Positions 10,493 to 21,122 are shown, counted from the stretch's first letter. The stretch: DNA of 64,000 bases from Tagaea sp. (GCA_965279525.1 CBDIIB010000005.1:704001-768000), one strand, 5' to 3'. Program-made: numbers and translations. The notes: generated from the letters alone by a model not told the origin.

Positions 10493-11623
10493 ATGAAGAT
10501 CACGGCAGTTCGTACGGTTCCAGTCTGGGGGCGCCGGAGGCGTCCATACGGAACCGTGACGCGTACCGCTCTGGGTGCCGCCCCTATCTCCGACTACACG
10601 ATCATATTCGTCGAAACCGATGCCGGCATAACAGGCCTCGGAGAGGTCTGCTCGGTCTTCAAGCGGCGTGGCGCCCTGCTCCGCTCCGACGTCGACCTGG
10701 CGCTCGCGCCGGCAGTCTTGGGCGAGGATCCTTTCCGGATCGCGCATCTGGTGGCCAAGATGGATGCGACACTCGACGGCGTCGAGGAAGCAAAGGCCGG
10801 CATCGAGATGGCCCTGTGGGACATAGTCGGGAAAGCGCTGAATACGCCTGTCTACAATCTGCTCGGCGGAAAGGTTCGTGATCGCATTCCGCTCAGCTAC
10901 TCGATTCCGTTTGGTACGCCGGAGCAGATGGCGGCACTTGCGGTCGAACGCGTCAAGTTTGGTCACAAGACCATCAAGGTGAAGGTCGGCAGTGAGGACG
11001 GGCCGCGCGACATCGCGGCAGTCCGCATGATCCGAGAAGCGATCGGACCGGCAATCAAGCTTCGCGTCGACGGCAACATGGGTTGGCCCACCGCCAAGCA
11101 CGCCATCCGGATGATCCGTGCGATGGAGCCCTACAATCTGGAGCTCTTCGAGCAGCCTCTTGCAGCTCTCGATCTCGATGGAATGGCGGAAGTCCGGCAG
11201 AACATCGGCGTTCCTCTCATGGCAGACGAAAGCATCCGGAATCCGCGTAGTGCCATGGCCGTGATCCGGCGGGGTGCGGCCGACATCGCGAATGTCTATG
11301 TCACCGAAGCCGGTGGAATCCTCAACGCGACCCGTATTTTCGCGATGTGCGAGGCCGCGTCGATTCCCTGCATGATCGGCTCGATGCCGGAGTTCGGGAT
11401 CGGAACTGCCGCACAGATCCATCTGGGCCTGGCAATGACCAATCTCGGGCCTGACAGCGACACGTGCGGTGTCCTCTACCACGAGGAGGATCTGCTCAAG
11501 ACTCCGCTTCGCTTCGAGGATGGCTTCGCTTATGCCCCCACTGGTCCAGGACTTGGCGTCGAAGTCGACATGGCTATTGTGGAGAAATGGAACAAGGCCG
11601 GTCCGGACGGGGCCAAGGGCTGA
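10493..11623 (+). CDS. Enolase superfamily enzyme, muconate-lactonizing/epimerase subgroup
   Basis: KVKVG (KxK), VDGN, FEQP, ADES and PTGPGLG motifs. Confidence 0.88.
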   Translation: MKITAVRTVPVWGRRRRPYGTVTRTALGAAPISDYTIIFVETDAGITGLGEVCSVFKRRGALLRSDVDLALAPAVLGEDPFRIAHLVAKMDATLDGVEEAKAGIEMALWDIVGKALNTPVYNLLGGKVRDRIPLSYSIPFGTPEQMAALAVERVKFGHKTIKVKVGSEDGPRDIAAVRMIREAIGPAIKLRVDGNMGWPTAKHAIRMIRAMEPYNLELFEQPLAALDLDGMAEVRQNIGVPLMADESIRNPRSAMAVIRRGAADIANVYVTEAGGILNATRIFAMCEAASIPCMIGSMPEFGIGTAAQIHLGLAMTNLGPDSDTCGVLYHEEDLLKTPLRFEDGFAYAPTGPGLGVEVDMAIVEKWNKAGPDGAKG

Positions 11624-11635
11624 AGGGAGCGCGAA

Positions 11636-13054
11636 ATGGGACCCAGCACGCATCAGAATTGCGACATCCTGATCCGCAACGGCTACGTCGTGACGATGGA
11701 TGCTCGACGAACCCTGTTCCCCGCAGGGGCTGTCGCCATCCGCGGCCATACGATTGTCGACGTAGGGCCTGAGGCCACACTCACGAAGAAGTGGAAAGCC
11801 GTGCGGACGATCGATGCGGGCGGGAGCTTCGTGCATCCTGGCTACATCGATGCACACCTGCATGTGAATGCCCAATCCTGCCGCGGTTTCTTTCGGGGCG
11901 ATGCCAGCAAGGGAACGGCAAAAGGGCCCAGCTACGCCGACTGGAAGGCAGAACTGACGGGCGACGACGAGCAAGCAGCAACAGCGCTTGCATCGGTGGA
12001 GATGCTGCGCCACGGGATCACGACATTCGTCGAGCCAGGTAGTGCATTCGAACCGGATGCCGTGGCCGAAGCTGCAGGTGCTGTCGGAATCCGGTGCACC
12101 CTGTCTGATCCCTATCTATGGGACGAGACCGAGATCATGCAGACGATCCCGGGCCTGATGAGTCCCGCCCTCGCCCGCCGGGTCCCGCCGGAGCGAGGCC
12201 GCTGCATGAAGTTGCTGGGCGGTCAGCTATTCCGGAATCGCGATCCGGACGGAATCGCACATGGGCACATAGCGCTCTACGGCGAGGGAACGGCGTCGGA
12301 CGAGCTCCTGCGAGCATCGAAGTCGCTTGCCGACAAAGAGAATACCGTCGTCAACAGTCATATTGGTTACGATTTGGATCTTGCACAGGCCATGGAGAAG
12401 CGGTGGGGAAAGCCTCGCTTCGTTCATCTGCACGATATCGGCGTACTCGGGCCGAACCAGACCTTCGTCCACATGAACCTGATCGGGGAGCAGGAAGTAG
12501 ACCCGATCCTTTCAGCGGATATCGTCAGCGTGTGGTGTCCATTTGCCTATGCATCTCGTGCCACGGTAATGCGAATGCCAACGCCGCTTCCTGAATTGAA
12601 AAAGAAGGGGGCTGTAGTCGCACTTGGCACAGATTCGGCGCGCCAAAGCTCATCCGGCGATGCGGGCTTCCTTGCCTTCGTCTTGTCTGCAGAAGTCGGT
12701 CGCGGTCTCCAGGCTGAAGAAATTCTGGAGATGCTGACACTGGGAGGGGCACGGGCTGCGGGACTTCAGACGCTGATCGGTGCGCTGGCGCCCGGCATGC
12801 GAGCAGATGTCGTAATCCGTTCAAATCATTTCGCCGAAATTGCGCCCGGGGTAGACGCAGTCCATCAGCTCGTCGCAATCGCTCACGGAGCAACAGCTGA
12901 TACGGTGCTCGTCAATGGCAACCTCGTGCTACGTCACGGCCAACCAACAAACGTCGATGAAGGTGCAGTCATCGATGGAGCTCGGAAATCCGTAGCCGGT
13001 GTTGCCAAGCGGCTGGGGATATTCCCATCTGGTCTTTGGCCAAAGCAGAGCTGA
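11636..13054 (+). CDS. Metal-dependent amidohydrolase (SsnA/AtzA-like)
   Basis: PGYIDAHLH, GITTFVE, LGTDS and GMRADVV motifs. Confidence 0.85.
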   Translation: MGPSTHQNCDILIRNGYVVTMDARRTLFPAGAVAIRGHTIVDVGPEATLTKKWKAVRTIDAGGSFVHPGYIDAHLHVNAQSCRGFFRGDASKGTAKGPSYADWKAELTGDDEQAATALASVEMLRHGITTFVEPGSAFEPDAVAEAAGAVGIRCTLSDPYLWDETEIMQTIPGLMSPALARRVPPERGRCMKLLGGQLFRNRDPDGIAHGHIALYGEGTASDELLRASKSLADKENTVVNSHIGYDLDLAQAMEKRWGKPRFVHLHDIGVLGPNQTFVHMNLIGEQEVDPILSADIVSVWCPFAYASRATVMRMPTPLPELKKKGAVVALGTDSARQSSSGDAGFLAFVLSAEVGRGLQAEEILEMLTLGGARAAGLQTLIGALAPGMRADVVIRSNHFAEIAPGVDAVHQLVAIAHGATADTVLVNGNLVLRHGQPTNVDEGAVIDGARKSVAGVAKRLGIFPSGLWPKQS

Positions 13055-13252
13055 CTGCTGAATTGACTGGGGTGCATGGCATGATTTGCCCGAAGATCTG
13101 GTCTGCCCCGAGATCCGCGGACATCGAGATATGCTCTGAACCAACTCCATCGGAAGCGCAAAATCAGTGAGAATGGAGGCTGCGGAAGTTGGCCCTACCC
13201 CGTCCCTGTAGCCGGGTTCACTCGGCGCAGGAATCTCGGCGCGACAGTATCA

Positions 13253-14362
13253 TCACGTCAAGAAGCCAACCTTCTTCCGCTTGATCAGGTCAAAGTCGAT
13301 CTGCGCTCCAAGGCCCGGCGCATCGAAGCAGTGGACGTATCCGTCCTTGTCGACTTCGATGTCCTGAATAAGCCCATACTTCTGAGCCGCATCTGGCAGC
13401 AGAACCTCGAAATAATCCGAGTTCTTGATCGCCATGATCAAATGAAGATTCGCGACATTCGCGAGCGAGTTGCCACCATGATGGACCTCAAGGTTCATCT
13501 GGAACCCCTCGGCAAGGTGGGCCAGCTTAATCATTGGCGTTAGCCCGCCCTTGATCGCAACGTCACCCCGCAGGTAGTCCGTTGCCTTGGCTGTGATCCA
13601 TGCGGCGTAGGCTTCGTAACCACCCGGCGCGTATTCCGTCGCCATGATGGGGATATCGAGCTTCGCGCAAAGCTTTGAGTAGTTGTAGATGTCGCATTCG
13701 TGCAGTGGGTCTTCGTACCAAAGGAAGTCCAACTCCTCGAGGACCCGCCCGAGGCGCATCGCCTGCGGAAAGTCGAACGCACCCGCCGGGTCGATCATCA
13801 ACTGGATGTCAGGTCCCACGAGCTTGCGAACGTCACGGCAGACTTTGATGCACTCGTCGAGCTCATGCGGCGGATGGAGCTTATAGGCCCGGAATCCACG
13901 GCCGAGGACGCGCTCGGCATCTGCCATGTATGCGGCATGGTTGGGCAGCGTAGAAGAGCTCGCATAGGCACGGACCTTGCGCCGATAGCCGCCAAGCATC
14001 TTGTGGATTGGCATTCCCGCGACCTTGCCTGCGATATCCCATAGAGCGAGGTCGACGGCGCCGATCGCACGGTACGAGGTGGCTCGCCAACGCTTGTACA
14101 GCGAACGATGAAGGCGTTCTCTCTCAAGAGGATCCTGCCCGATGACCAGCGGCTTCAGCTGATCGACGAGCGAATGGGCATCGAGTGCCGCACTGCGGAA
14201 CGAAGATCCGAGGAAGCTGTGCCCCTCAACACCGTCATCGGTGGTGACGGTAACCAGACCGATTTCGCTCTTGTTCGTCGTCTTCGGATTATGGGCGCCA
14301 TAGACAACCGGCGGAAGGTCATTCCACTCGAACATCGTAACGGTCAGATCCTTGATGCGCAT
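13253..14362 (-). CDS. Mandelate racemase/enolase superfamily enzyme
   Basis: DLALWDIAGK, YKLH, WYEDP and PGLG motifs; SD AAGGAG before ATG 14362. Confidence 0.88.
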   Translation of the reverse strand: MRIKDLTVTMFEWNDLPPVVYGAHNPKTTNKSEIGLVTVTTDDGVEGHSFLGSSFRSAALDAHSLVDQLKPLVIGQDPLERERLHRSLYKRWRATSYRAIGAVDLALWDIAGKVAGMPIHKMLGGYRRKVRAYASSSTLPNHAAYMADAERVLGRGFRAYKLHPPHELDECIKVCRDVRKLVGPDIQLMIDPAGAFDFPQAMRLGRVLEELDFLWYEDPLHECDIYNYSKLCAKLDIPIMATEYAPGGYEAYAAWITAKATDYLRGDVAIKGGLTPMIKLAHLAEGFQMNLEVHHGGNSLANVANLHLIMAIKNSDYFEVLLPDAAQKYGLIQDIEVDKDGYVHCFDAPGLGAQIDFDLIKRKKVGFLT

Positions 14363-14376
14363 CGCCTGATACTCCT

Positions 14377-15201
14377 TCAATGCTTTACGGCGCCATGGGT
14401 CAGCCCTGAAACCATCAGGCTTCCGAGCACCAGATAGACGAACAGGACAGGAATGATCGCGAGCGTCGCGGCCGCGGTCAGCGGCCCCCAGTCACGACCG
14501 AAGAAACCGATGAACTGATAGATCGCGACCTGTAGCGGCCTGAATTGCGGCGATTCGACCATGATCGAACCGGCGATGAACTCGTTCCACGCATGCATGA
14601 ACAGCATCAGACCGGCCGCACCCATGGCAGGCCGGGTCAGCGGCAGGATGACCAGCCGGTAGACCTTGAAGCTGGAGGCACCGTCGACATAGGCGGCCTC
14701 GTCGAGCTCGCGCGGGATTGATTCGATGCTGCCTTTGATAATCCAGATGGCCATCGGCAGCGTGTAGACCGTGTAGATCAGTACGAGAGTGAACCACTGA
14801 TTGGTCAGCCCGAAGTATGTGAAATACAGATAGTTAGGGATCAAGAGAGCGGCCGCACCGATCGACAGCGGAATGCTGGCGACGACGACAAGGAACAGGA
14901 TCTGCCGGCCCTTAAACTTGAACCGGTCGAAACCGAATGCGGCAAGTGACGCCAGAAAGACGCCGAGCACGACGGTTGCGATTGCGTAGACCGATGTGTT
15001 GCGCAGGGAGATCGGGAAATCGCTGCCGAGGACCGTCGCGTAGTGCTCCAGCGTCAGGTCAAAGGAGAAGACCCGCGGCGGATAGACCATGATCTGCGTC
15101 GTCGGCTTGAGCGAAGTGATTATCCCCCAGACGAGAGGCAACAGGTTGACCGTGACCAGGCAAAGGAAGGCAGCGAGTACGAGAAGGTTTTTCACGCGCA
15201 T
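14377..15201 (-). CDS. Carbohydrate ABC transporter permease (MalG-type)
   Basis: IPRELDEAAYVDGAS and AWNEF motifs. Confidence 0.9.
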   Translation of the reverse strand: MRVKNLLVLAAFLCLVTVNLLPLVWGIITSLKPTTQIMVYPPRVFSFDLTLEHYATVLGSDFPISLRNTSVYAIATVVLGVFLASLAAFGFDRFKFKGRQILFLVVVASIPLSIGAAALLIPNYLYFTYFGLTNQWFTLVLIYTVYTLPMAIWIIKGSIESIPRELDEAAYVDGASSFKVYRLVILPLTRPAMGAAGLMLFMHAWNEFIAGSIMVESPQFRPLQVAIYQFIGFFGRDWGPLTAAATLAIIPVLFVYLVLGSLMVSGLTHGAVKH

Positions 15202-15202
15202 C

Positions 15203-16057
15203 TCAGACCTTCCACTTCGCGAGGCGGACATACGCGACAACGAGAACGATGTTGGCGAGGAACATGCCGATGGCCATCGCTATCGCCGTGTTGAAGTCGA
15301 ACGATGCGAAGGCGCGCATATAGACATCGAGCGGGAGGATGTTCGTCGCTCCAGCCGGCCCGCCGCCGGTGACGATCAGGGGCGTTTCGACGTTGTTCAG
15401 GTTGCTGAGGGTCAGGATTACCGAAGTGACCAGCAGAGGGGTCTTGAGCTGCGGGATGGTCACGAATCGGAAGGACTGCCAGCGCGACGCCCCGTCCACA
15501 GCAGCAGCCTCGAAATAGTCCTTAGGTATGCTCTTGAGGCCCGCCAGAAGGATGATTACGGCGAATCCGAGGGCGCGCCAGGTCGCGAATGCGATCAACA
15601 GCACCATCGCTGTCGTTGAGTCCGCCAGCGGATTTATGCGGCCGAAGCCGATGGTCTCAAGAAAGTGGATGCCAAGCCCGATCTCGGTGACATAGACCCA
15701 GCGAAACAACAGCGCCTGCACGACGTGACTGACAACCCATGGAATGATGACGCAGATTTGCAAGGTCATGGCGAACCACCCGGACAAACTGTTGATCCAG
15801 GAGGCGAGCGCCAAGGCCACTGCCAGCGTCACGATGAGGGCGCCGGTCGTGAAGACGACGCTGATCCAGACGACGTGCAGGACCTCCGGATCACCGAGCA
15901 GGTGGCGATAGTTGTCCAGACCGACGAAGTCGGTCGGGAGCAAGAACTGCACGTCGAAGAGGCTGTAGTAGAACCCGTACAACGAAGGCAGATACAGGAT
16001 CGCAAACATCAGCCCAAGCGCAGGCGCGATGTAGGCGTAGGCGGCGCGCTGGTTCAT
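15203..16057 (-). CDS. Carbohydrate ABC transporter permease (MalF-type)
   Basis: FVGLDNY, EAAAVDGAS and TGGGP motifs. Confidence 0.9.
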   Translation of the reverse strand: MNQRAAYAYIAPALGLMFAILYLPSLYGFYYSLFDVQFLLPTDFVGLDNYRHLLGDPEVLHVVWISVVFTTGALIVTLAVALALASWINSLSGWFAMTLQICVIIPWVVSHVVQALLFRWVYVTEIGLGIHFLETIGFGRINPLADSTTAMVLLIAFATWRALGFAVIILLAGLKSIPKDYFEAAAVDGASRWQSFRFVTIPQLKTPLLVTSVILTLSNLNNVETPLIVTGGGPAGATNILPLDVYMRAFASFDFNTAIAMAIGMFLANIVLVVAYVRLAKWKV

Positions 16058-16077
16058 CGCTCAGATTCGCGCCTGTC

Positions 16078-17379
16078 TCAGCGACGATGCCGTCGGTTGA
16101 ACTCACGCTCCGCAGCGAGCAGGGCCTCACGAGTGTCCGTGCCACGCGTAAGGATCACCTGAGCGACTTTGTTGAGGTCTTCGCGATAGCCACCGATGGT
16201 GAAGTCGAGGGGTGCGAGCCAGCCGTACTTGACGGTCGCTTTGGCTGCGACAGCCAGATACTGCTTCGACGGCTCTTCCAGATAGTCCTTGAGGGTCGCG
16301 ATCGTTGACTGGCGGATCGGCACCGTACCGGATTCACGCGTCCACCAGACATCGGCCTCGCGCCCGCCCATGAACTCGACGAACTTTGCGGATTCCTTCA
16401 GAACCTTCGACTTCGACCAGATGCAGGTGCACCAGCCCGTAATCGAACCGGGCGAGTTGGTACCTTCCTTGTCGCCCGGCCACGGCAGGAACGCGATGTC
16501 GTTCGGATCGATCGCCTTTTGAAGGACGGGGATACGTACGGAAGACGCCGAGATTACGGCGTATCGGCCTGCGGCGAAGTGCTCGAAGAGTTCTTCCGAA
16601 TTGAGGGAGATCGCGCTGTCGGGTGTGACCTTGTGGACACGCACCATGTCGAGCTGCGCGTTCATCGCAGCGACGCCGACATCGCCCGACCATTTTGCGC
16701 GGCCGTCCTGCTCGAACAGGCTACCCTGTCGAGCCAGCATCATGTTGACCGCCATCTGCGGCGTTGCCTTGTCGGCGGAGAACGCCTGTCCATAACCCCA
16801 GCGCGAGACATTGCCGGCTGCGTCACGGACCGTGAGTTTCTTTGCCGCGTTGGTAAGGCGATCCCAGGTGCCAAGATCCTCGGGCGTCAGCCCAGCGGCC
16901 TTCAGCATCGAGGGGCGGTAAAGCATGCCGAAATAATTTCTGGAATGCGCGATCATGTATCGCTGCGTCGGCGTCGTTCCATAGTTCCAGAAGGCGTCGT
17001 TCAGATCTTCTCGATCCGCCGGCGACCAACCGTTCACGAACAGCTCGTTGATATTGGCAAAGGCGCCTGCCTTCACCCCGGCGGCAAGCTGTTCGTTATG
17101 GAACCAGGTTACATCGGGTGCGTTGCCGGCACCGTGCGCGGCAATGAACTTCGCCGACATCTGGTCCCAGACCTGAAGCTCGATTGTGACCTTGATGCCG
17201 GGATTGCGGGCTTCGAACTCTTTTATGATCTTCGCGAGCACCTTGCCGCGCGGATCGGCGCCATCCGGATTGATGAAACTCCACATCCGGATCTGAGTTT
17301 CTTGTGCATGGGCCTGCGGCGCCAGAATTCCAATGGCGATCAGCAGGGCGAATGTCACGCCGCGGAGCAATCTGATCAT
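16078..17379 (-). CDS. Carbohydrate ABC transporter substrate-binding protein
   Basis: Signal peptide, FEARNPGIKV and APDV motifs. Confidence 0.88.
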   Translation of the reverse strand: MIRLLRGVTFALLIAIGILAPQAHAQETQIRMWSFINPDGADPRGKVLAKIIKEFEARNPGIKVTIELQVWDQMSAKFIAAHGAGNAPDVTWFHNEQLAAGVKAGAFANINELFVNGWSPADREDLNDAFWNYGTTPTQRYMIAHSRNYFGMLYRPSMLKAAGLTPEDLGTWDRLTNAAKKLTVRDAAGNVSRWGYGQAFSADKATPQMAVNMMLARQGSLFEQDGRAKWSGDVGVAAMNAQLDMVRVHKVTPDSAISLNSEELFEHFAAGRYAVISASSVRIPVLQKAIDPNDIAFLPWPGDKEGTNSPGSITGWCTCIWSKSKVLKESAKFVEFMGGREADVWWTRESGTVPIRQSTIATLKDYLEEPSKQYLAVAAKATVKYGWLAPLDFTIGGYREDLNKVAQVILTRGTDTREALLAAEREFNRRHRR

Positions 17380-17446
17380 GTCGTTCCTCCCCTTTTTTCA
17401 GGCCGGCGCTTTTGCGCTCAACCTGTCGCCTGTCTAAAGTCCGGTA

Positions 17447-18154
17447 TCATTCCTCGAAGTAGAGTTCCTTTGCGCGTGAGAGCATCCGCGTCATGGCTGC
17501 GCGCGCTGCGTTGCTATCGCGCCGCCGCAGCGCGTCGATCAGCATTCGGCGACTTTCAATGGCGTGCTGGCGGTGGCTGGTCCGAAGCAGGCGGTTGCGC
17601 AAGGCGAACCACATCTCGCCACTGCGCAGGGTCCACAACTCTTCGACCGCGGCCGCGAGATAGCTGTTCCCGCAGGACTTCGCGAGCGTGACGTGGAATC
17701 GGAAACCTTCGCTGTCCGCCAAGCGCGCATGCGGGTAATTGCGCTCCATCTCCGCGACCAGTGCCTCAAGTTCGGCGATCGTCTCAGGGGTGATGAGCTG
17801 GGCAGCACGCGCAGCGACTTCGCACTCGATCAGTTCGCGCGCCTCGAACTGCTCGAACGGGCCAGGCCCCTGATCGTTGCTGCGCGCTTGCGCCGGCAGC
17901 GCAAGCACGAAGCTTCCGTTTCCGTTCCTGACTTCGACAACGCCCGCGACTTCGAGCGCAATCAATGCCTCCCGTATCGTGGGTCGGCTGACTTGGAACT
18001 GGCGAGAGAGCTCTTGCTCGGGAGGCAGTCGATCGCCGACCGCAAACGCACCTCCCAGGATCAGGCGCTCGATCTGCTGCGCAACCTGCTGATAGAGCCG
18101 CCGCGGACGAATGGCTTCAATCTTGAGATCTACGATCTTTGCTGCAGCCGTCAT
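17447..18154 (-). CDS. GntR/FadR family regulator
   Basis: RRLYQQVA, GDRLPPE and SRPTIREAL motifs plus FCD domain. Confidence 0.92.
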   Translation of the reverse strand: MTAAAKIVDLKIEAIRPRRLYQQVAQQIERLILGGAFAVGDRLPPEQELSRQFQVSRPTIREALIALEVAGVVEVRNGNGSFVLALPAQARSNDQGPGPFEQFEARELIECEVAARAAQLITPETIAELEALVAEMERNYPHARLADSEGFRFHVTLAKSCGNSYLAAAVEELWTLRSGEMWFALRNRLLRTSHRQHAIESRRMLIDALRRRDSNAARAAMTRMLSRAKELYFEE

Positions 18155-18285
18155 CGAACATCCAACTATTGAGCTTGACTGCCAAGCTATCTGACAGCTT
18201 GATAGGTGTCAATCGGGCGACTTGAGGCCTCGAAGCTGGGACCCGCGTCGAGCCTAAGCCAGTTCGATGGGTGGGGAGAGAAGCG

Positions 18286-19281
18286 ATGAAGATCTGCGTC
18301 TATGGCGCCGGGGCGATCGGCGGAACCATTGCGGCACGCCTTGCGATGGCCGGCCGTGACGTCACCGTCGTAGCAAGAGGGGCTCATTTGGCCGCGATGC
18401 AGTCCTCGGGTCTGGCCTTCCACGACAAGACAAGTGGTGAGCGGCACCAGATCCAGCTCCGGACAGCCGCCAACGCGGCGGAGGCGGGACAACACGACCT
18501 GGTAGTCTGTGCGGCGAAGTCTCACTCGCTTCCGGCGATGGCCGCCGAAATCTCGGCGGCGATGAAGCCAACGGCGGCGGCCGTGTTCGCCGTCAACGGC
18601 GTCCCATGGTGGTTCTTTCACAAGATCGGTGGCCCACATGATGGCGCCAAGGTCATAAGCGTTGATCCCCAGGGGTTGCTGACGCAGCACGTCCGGCCCG
18701 AACGCGCCATCGGCTGCGCCGTCTATCTGGGCGCTGCAATCGACAAGCCCGGCGCCGTTACTCAGGCCACGCGCGGAAAGCTCGTGCTTGGTGAGCCGGA
18801 CGGCTCGACTTCATCTCGCATCAAGCAAATCGAGGCCGCGCTTGCCGTTCCGGGCTACGAACTCGCACTGACCTCGAGAATCCGGGACGATGTCGCGACA
18901 AAGTTCATGGGGAACGTGGCGACCAACCCTCTCTGTGCACTTCTGCGAGTCCCAGTTAAGCGTATCTTCAACGATCCAATCCTGCAGCAATTCGGTGAAC
19001 GGGTGATGCGCGAGGCCGCCGCGATCGCTGAGGCCTATGGTGTTCGCCTCACGATCGATGTCGACAAGCGCATCGGGCAGTACCAGTCCGGACCGGTTGC
19101 CGAGTTTCGGCCGTCGACGCTTCAGGATGTCGAGCAAGGCCGCGCGCTTGAGATCGACGCCATTGTTCACGCGATCTCAGAGATTGGTCGCCGGGCAGGC
19201 ATGCCGACAGAGAACATCGATATGACCTACGCGATGATTCGGGCCATGGCAGATGGCTTAGGACTCTATCCAAATGTATAG
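18286..19281 (+). CDS. Ketopantoate reductase (ApbA/PanE) family protein
   Basis: GAGAIGG, NGVPWW and STLQDVEQGRALEID motifs. Confidence 0.88.
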   Translation: MKICVYGAGAIGGTIAARLAMAGRDVTVVARGAHLAAMQSSGLAFHDKTSGERHQIQLRTAANAAEAGQHDLVVCAAKSHSLPAMAAEISAAMKPTAAAVFAVNGVPWWFFHKIGGPHDGAKVISVDPQGLLTQHVRPERAIGCAVYLGAAIDKPGAVTQATRGKLVLGEPDGSTSSRIKQIEAALAVPGYELALTSRIRDDVATKFMGNVATNPLCALLRVPVKRIFNDPILQQFGERVMREAAAIAEAYGVRLTIDVDKRIGQYQSGPVAEFRPSTLQDVEQGRALEIDAIVHAISEIGRRAGMPTENIDMTYAMIRAMADGLGLYPNV

Positions 19282-19489
19282 CCACTCAGCCGCCGACCGG
19301 AACATCGAGACTATCGTTGCAGATATCGGGCGGCAGCGCGGATGGCCGACAGACGCGCTTCCCGAGCTTGAGCCGGAGGTTCGGTGCGCGCTAATTGCTG
19401 CCATAGAGAGGGGAATGTCACCTCGACGGCTCAATACAGTTCTCGAGGAAATCTTTGCAATCGAGACAAGGGGGAGACTGGGATCCTGA
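19274..19489 (+). CDS. Possible small hypothetical protein
   Basis: 71-aa ORF overlapping the upstream stop by 8 bp, helical-looking composition; no family recognised. Confidence 0.3.
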   Translation: MYSHSAADRNIETIVADIGRQRGWPTDALPELEPEVRCALIAAIERGMSPRRLNTVLEEIFAIETRGRLGS

Positions 19490-19650
19490 TGGCCGGGGTG
19501 ACGTCCTATCATTCTCCTCAGCCAACTTGAGAAAGGGGCCTGGAGGCGACAGCACCCTAAATTTCCCCATTGACCCCAAACGAAGACTTGATCCCGACGG
19601 CGAGCCGGAACCATTTAGACGCACACGTAACAATGCCGATCTTCACCTGA

Positions 19651-20880
19651 TCAGCTTTGCATCTGCATCGCAGCCTTCAGACTGAAACCGACATCGGCCG
19701 CCTGCGCAGGAAGGATCGGGAACTTCCCGGCGAGTAGCCGCCGGCCTGCCATGTGATCGGCCGGATGATTGAAGCTGTCAACGGCGAGCAGCCGGTTCCC
19801 GGCGAAGTGCCAGATAGAGAATTTCCCGCTTTCGGCGTCTCCGCGGATGATGCTCCGGTCGCAGCGTGTCGCGATGCCCACCATCTGGAGCTTCGTGTCG
19901 AACTGCTCAGACCAGAACCAGGGTACTGAATCGTAGCCGACTTCGCGCCCGAGAATCGTGCTCGCCGCAACAATCCCGTTGTCGACGGCATTCTGCACGC
20001 TTTCGAGACGCATCGCCGTCCCTGAAAACCGTTCGTCGTGAAGTGCGCAGTCGCCGATAGCCAGCACCGCTGGGTCGCCCGTCCGGAGCTGCCTGTCGAC
20101 GGCAATCCCATGCATTCCTGGAAGTCCGGCTGCGACCGCGAGTTCGGCATTCGGCAAGGCGCCGATCCCTACGACCACGATATCCGTAGACAATCGTTCG
20201 CCATTGGCAAGCTCGATCTCGGTGACTTTGGTACTATCATACTTCAATCGTACAACCTGACGATCGAGAAGGATCCTCACGCCTTTCGACGCGTGAAGGC
20301 AACGCAGATGCTCCGCTGCGACGGGTGACAGCGCCCGAGAAAGCAGCTGGCTTCCGGATTCAACGACCGTGACCGCCTTTCCCGCACAACGCGCCGTGGC
20401 GGCCACCTCGAGGCCGACAAACCCGCCACCGATCACAACGATTCTCTCGGCGACCGGTAACGCCTGGCGGAGACCTTGCGCGTCACGGATGGATCGCAGA
20501 TAGAAAAGGTTGTCGCATCTAACTGTATCCATGAGTAGCGACCGAGCGCGTGCGCCGGTTGCCAAAACCAGCCGGTCATATGCGTACTGGTTCCCGTTAC
20601 ATGACCTGATCGTTGTCGATGCGCGATCTATCGAGACAATAGGTTCGCCCAGATGCAGATCGATCTGGTTTTCCGAATAGAATGACTGGTTCGCGAATCC
20701 GAGATCGGGGATGTCCTTCCCAGTATCCAGAAAACCCTTCGAAAGCGGCGGTCGCTGGTAGGGGCTTTCCCATTCGTCGGAGAATATCCGGATGCCGCCA
20801 TCATATCCCTCGGCCCGTAGTGTCGAGGCCGTCTGATAGGCGGCCTGACCGCCACCCACGATCGCTACATGCCTAATCAA
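19651..20880 (-). CDS. Ferredoxin-NAD(P)H reductase (putidaredoxin reductase-like)
   Basis: PYQRPPLSK, GGGFVGLE, RLESVQNA and VPWFWSEQ motifs. Confidence 0.92.
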   Translation of the reverse strand: MIRHVAIVGGGQAAYQTASTLRAEGYDGGIRIFSDEWESPYQRPPLSKGFLDTGKDIPDLGFANQSFYSENQIDLHLGEPIVSIDRASTTIRSCNGNQYAYDRLVLATGARARSLLMDTVRCDNLFYLRSIRDAQGLRQALPVAERIVVIGGGFVGLEVAATARCAGKAVTVVESGSQLLSRALSPVAAEHLRCLHASKGVRILLDRQVVRLKYDSTKVTEIELANGERLSTDIVVVGIGALPNAELAVAAGLPGMHGIAVDRQLRTGDPAVLAIGDCALHDERFSGTAMRLESVQNAVDNGIVAASTILGREVGYDSVPWFWSEQFDTKLQMVGIATRCDRSIIRGDAESGKFSIWHFAGNRLLAVDSFNHPADHMAGRRLLAGKFPILPAQAADVGFSLKAAMQMQS

Positions 20881-20907
20881 GCGGACGGATCCCGGACCCG
20901 AAGCGCT

Positions 20908-21105
20908 TCATTCCTCATTGATCGTGATGGCGCTTGCCGGGCATAGGCGTGCTGCGAGTTTTACAGATTCCACCAAGGATTCTGGTGGATTCTCGTTCAG
21001 AAGGATGACGAGCCCGGTGTCTTCCTCCTGATCGAAGACGGAAGGAGACTTCACCACACAGTGGCCTGCCGCAATACAGCGGGCTTTATCGACGATCACA
21101 CGCAT
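20908..21105 (-). CDS. Ferredoxin, [3Fe-4S]-type
   Basis: CIAAGHC...CP motif; 65 aa; lies between the P450 and the reductase. Confidence 0.9.
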   Translation of the reverse strand: MRVIVDKARCIAAGHCVVKSPSVFDQEEDTGLVILLNENPPESLVESVKLAARLCPASAITINEE

Positions 21106-21122
21106 TTTGTACTCCGATTGAT

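Noticed and set aside
11710-11717. AACCC-TGT match to the predicted target duplication plus end
   Set aside because: Lies inside an intact amidohydrolase CDS with no TnsB-like repeats following; a chance match
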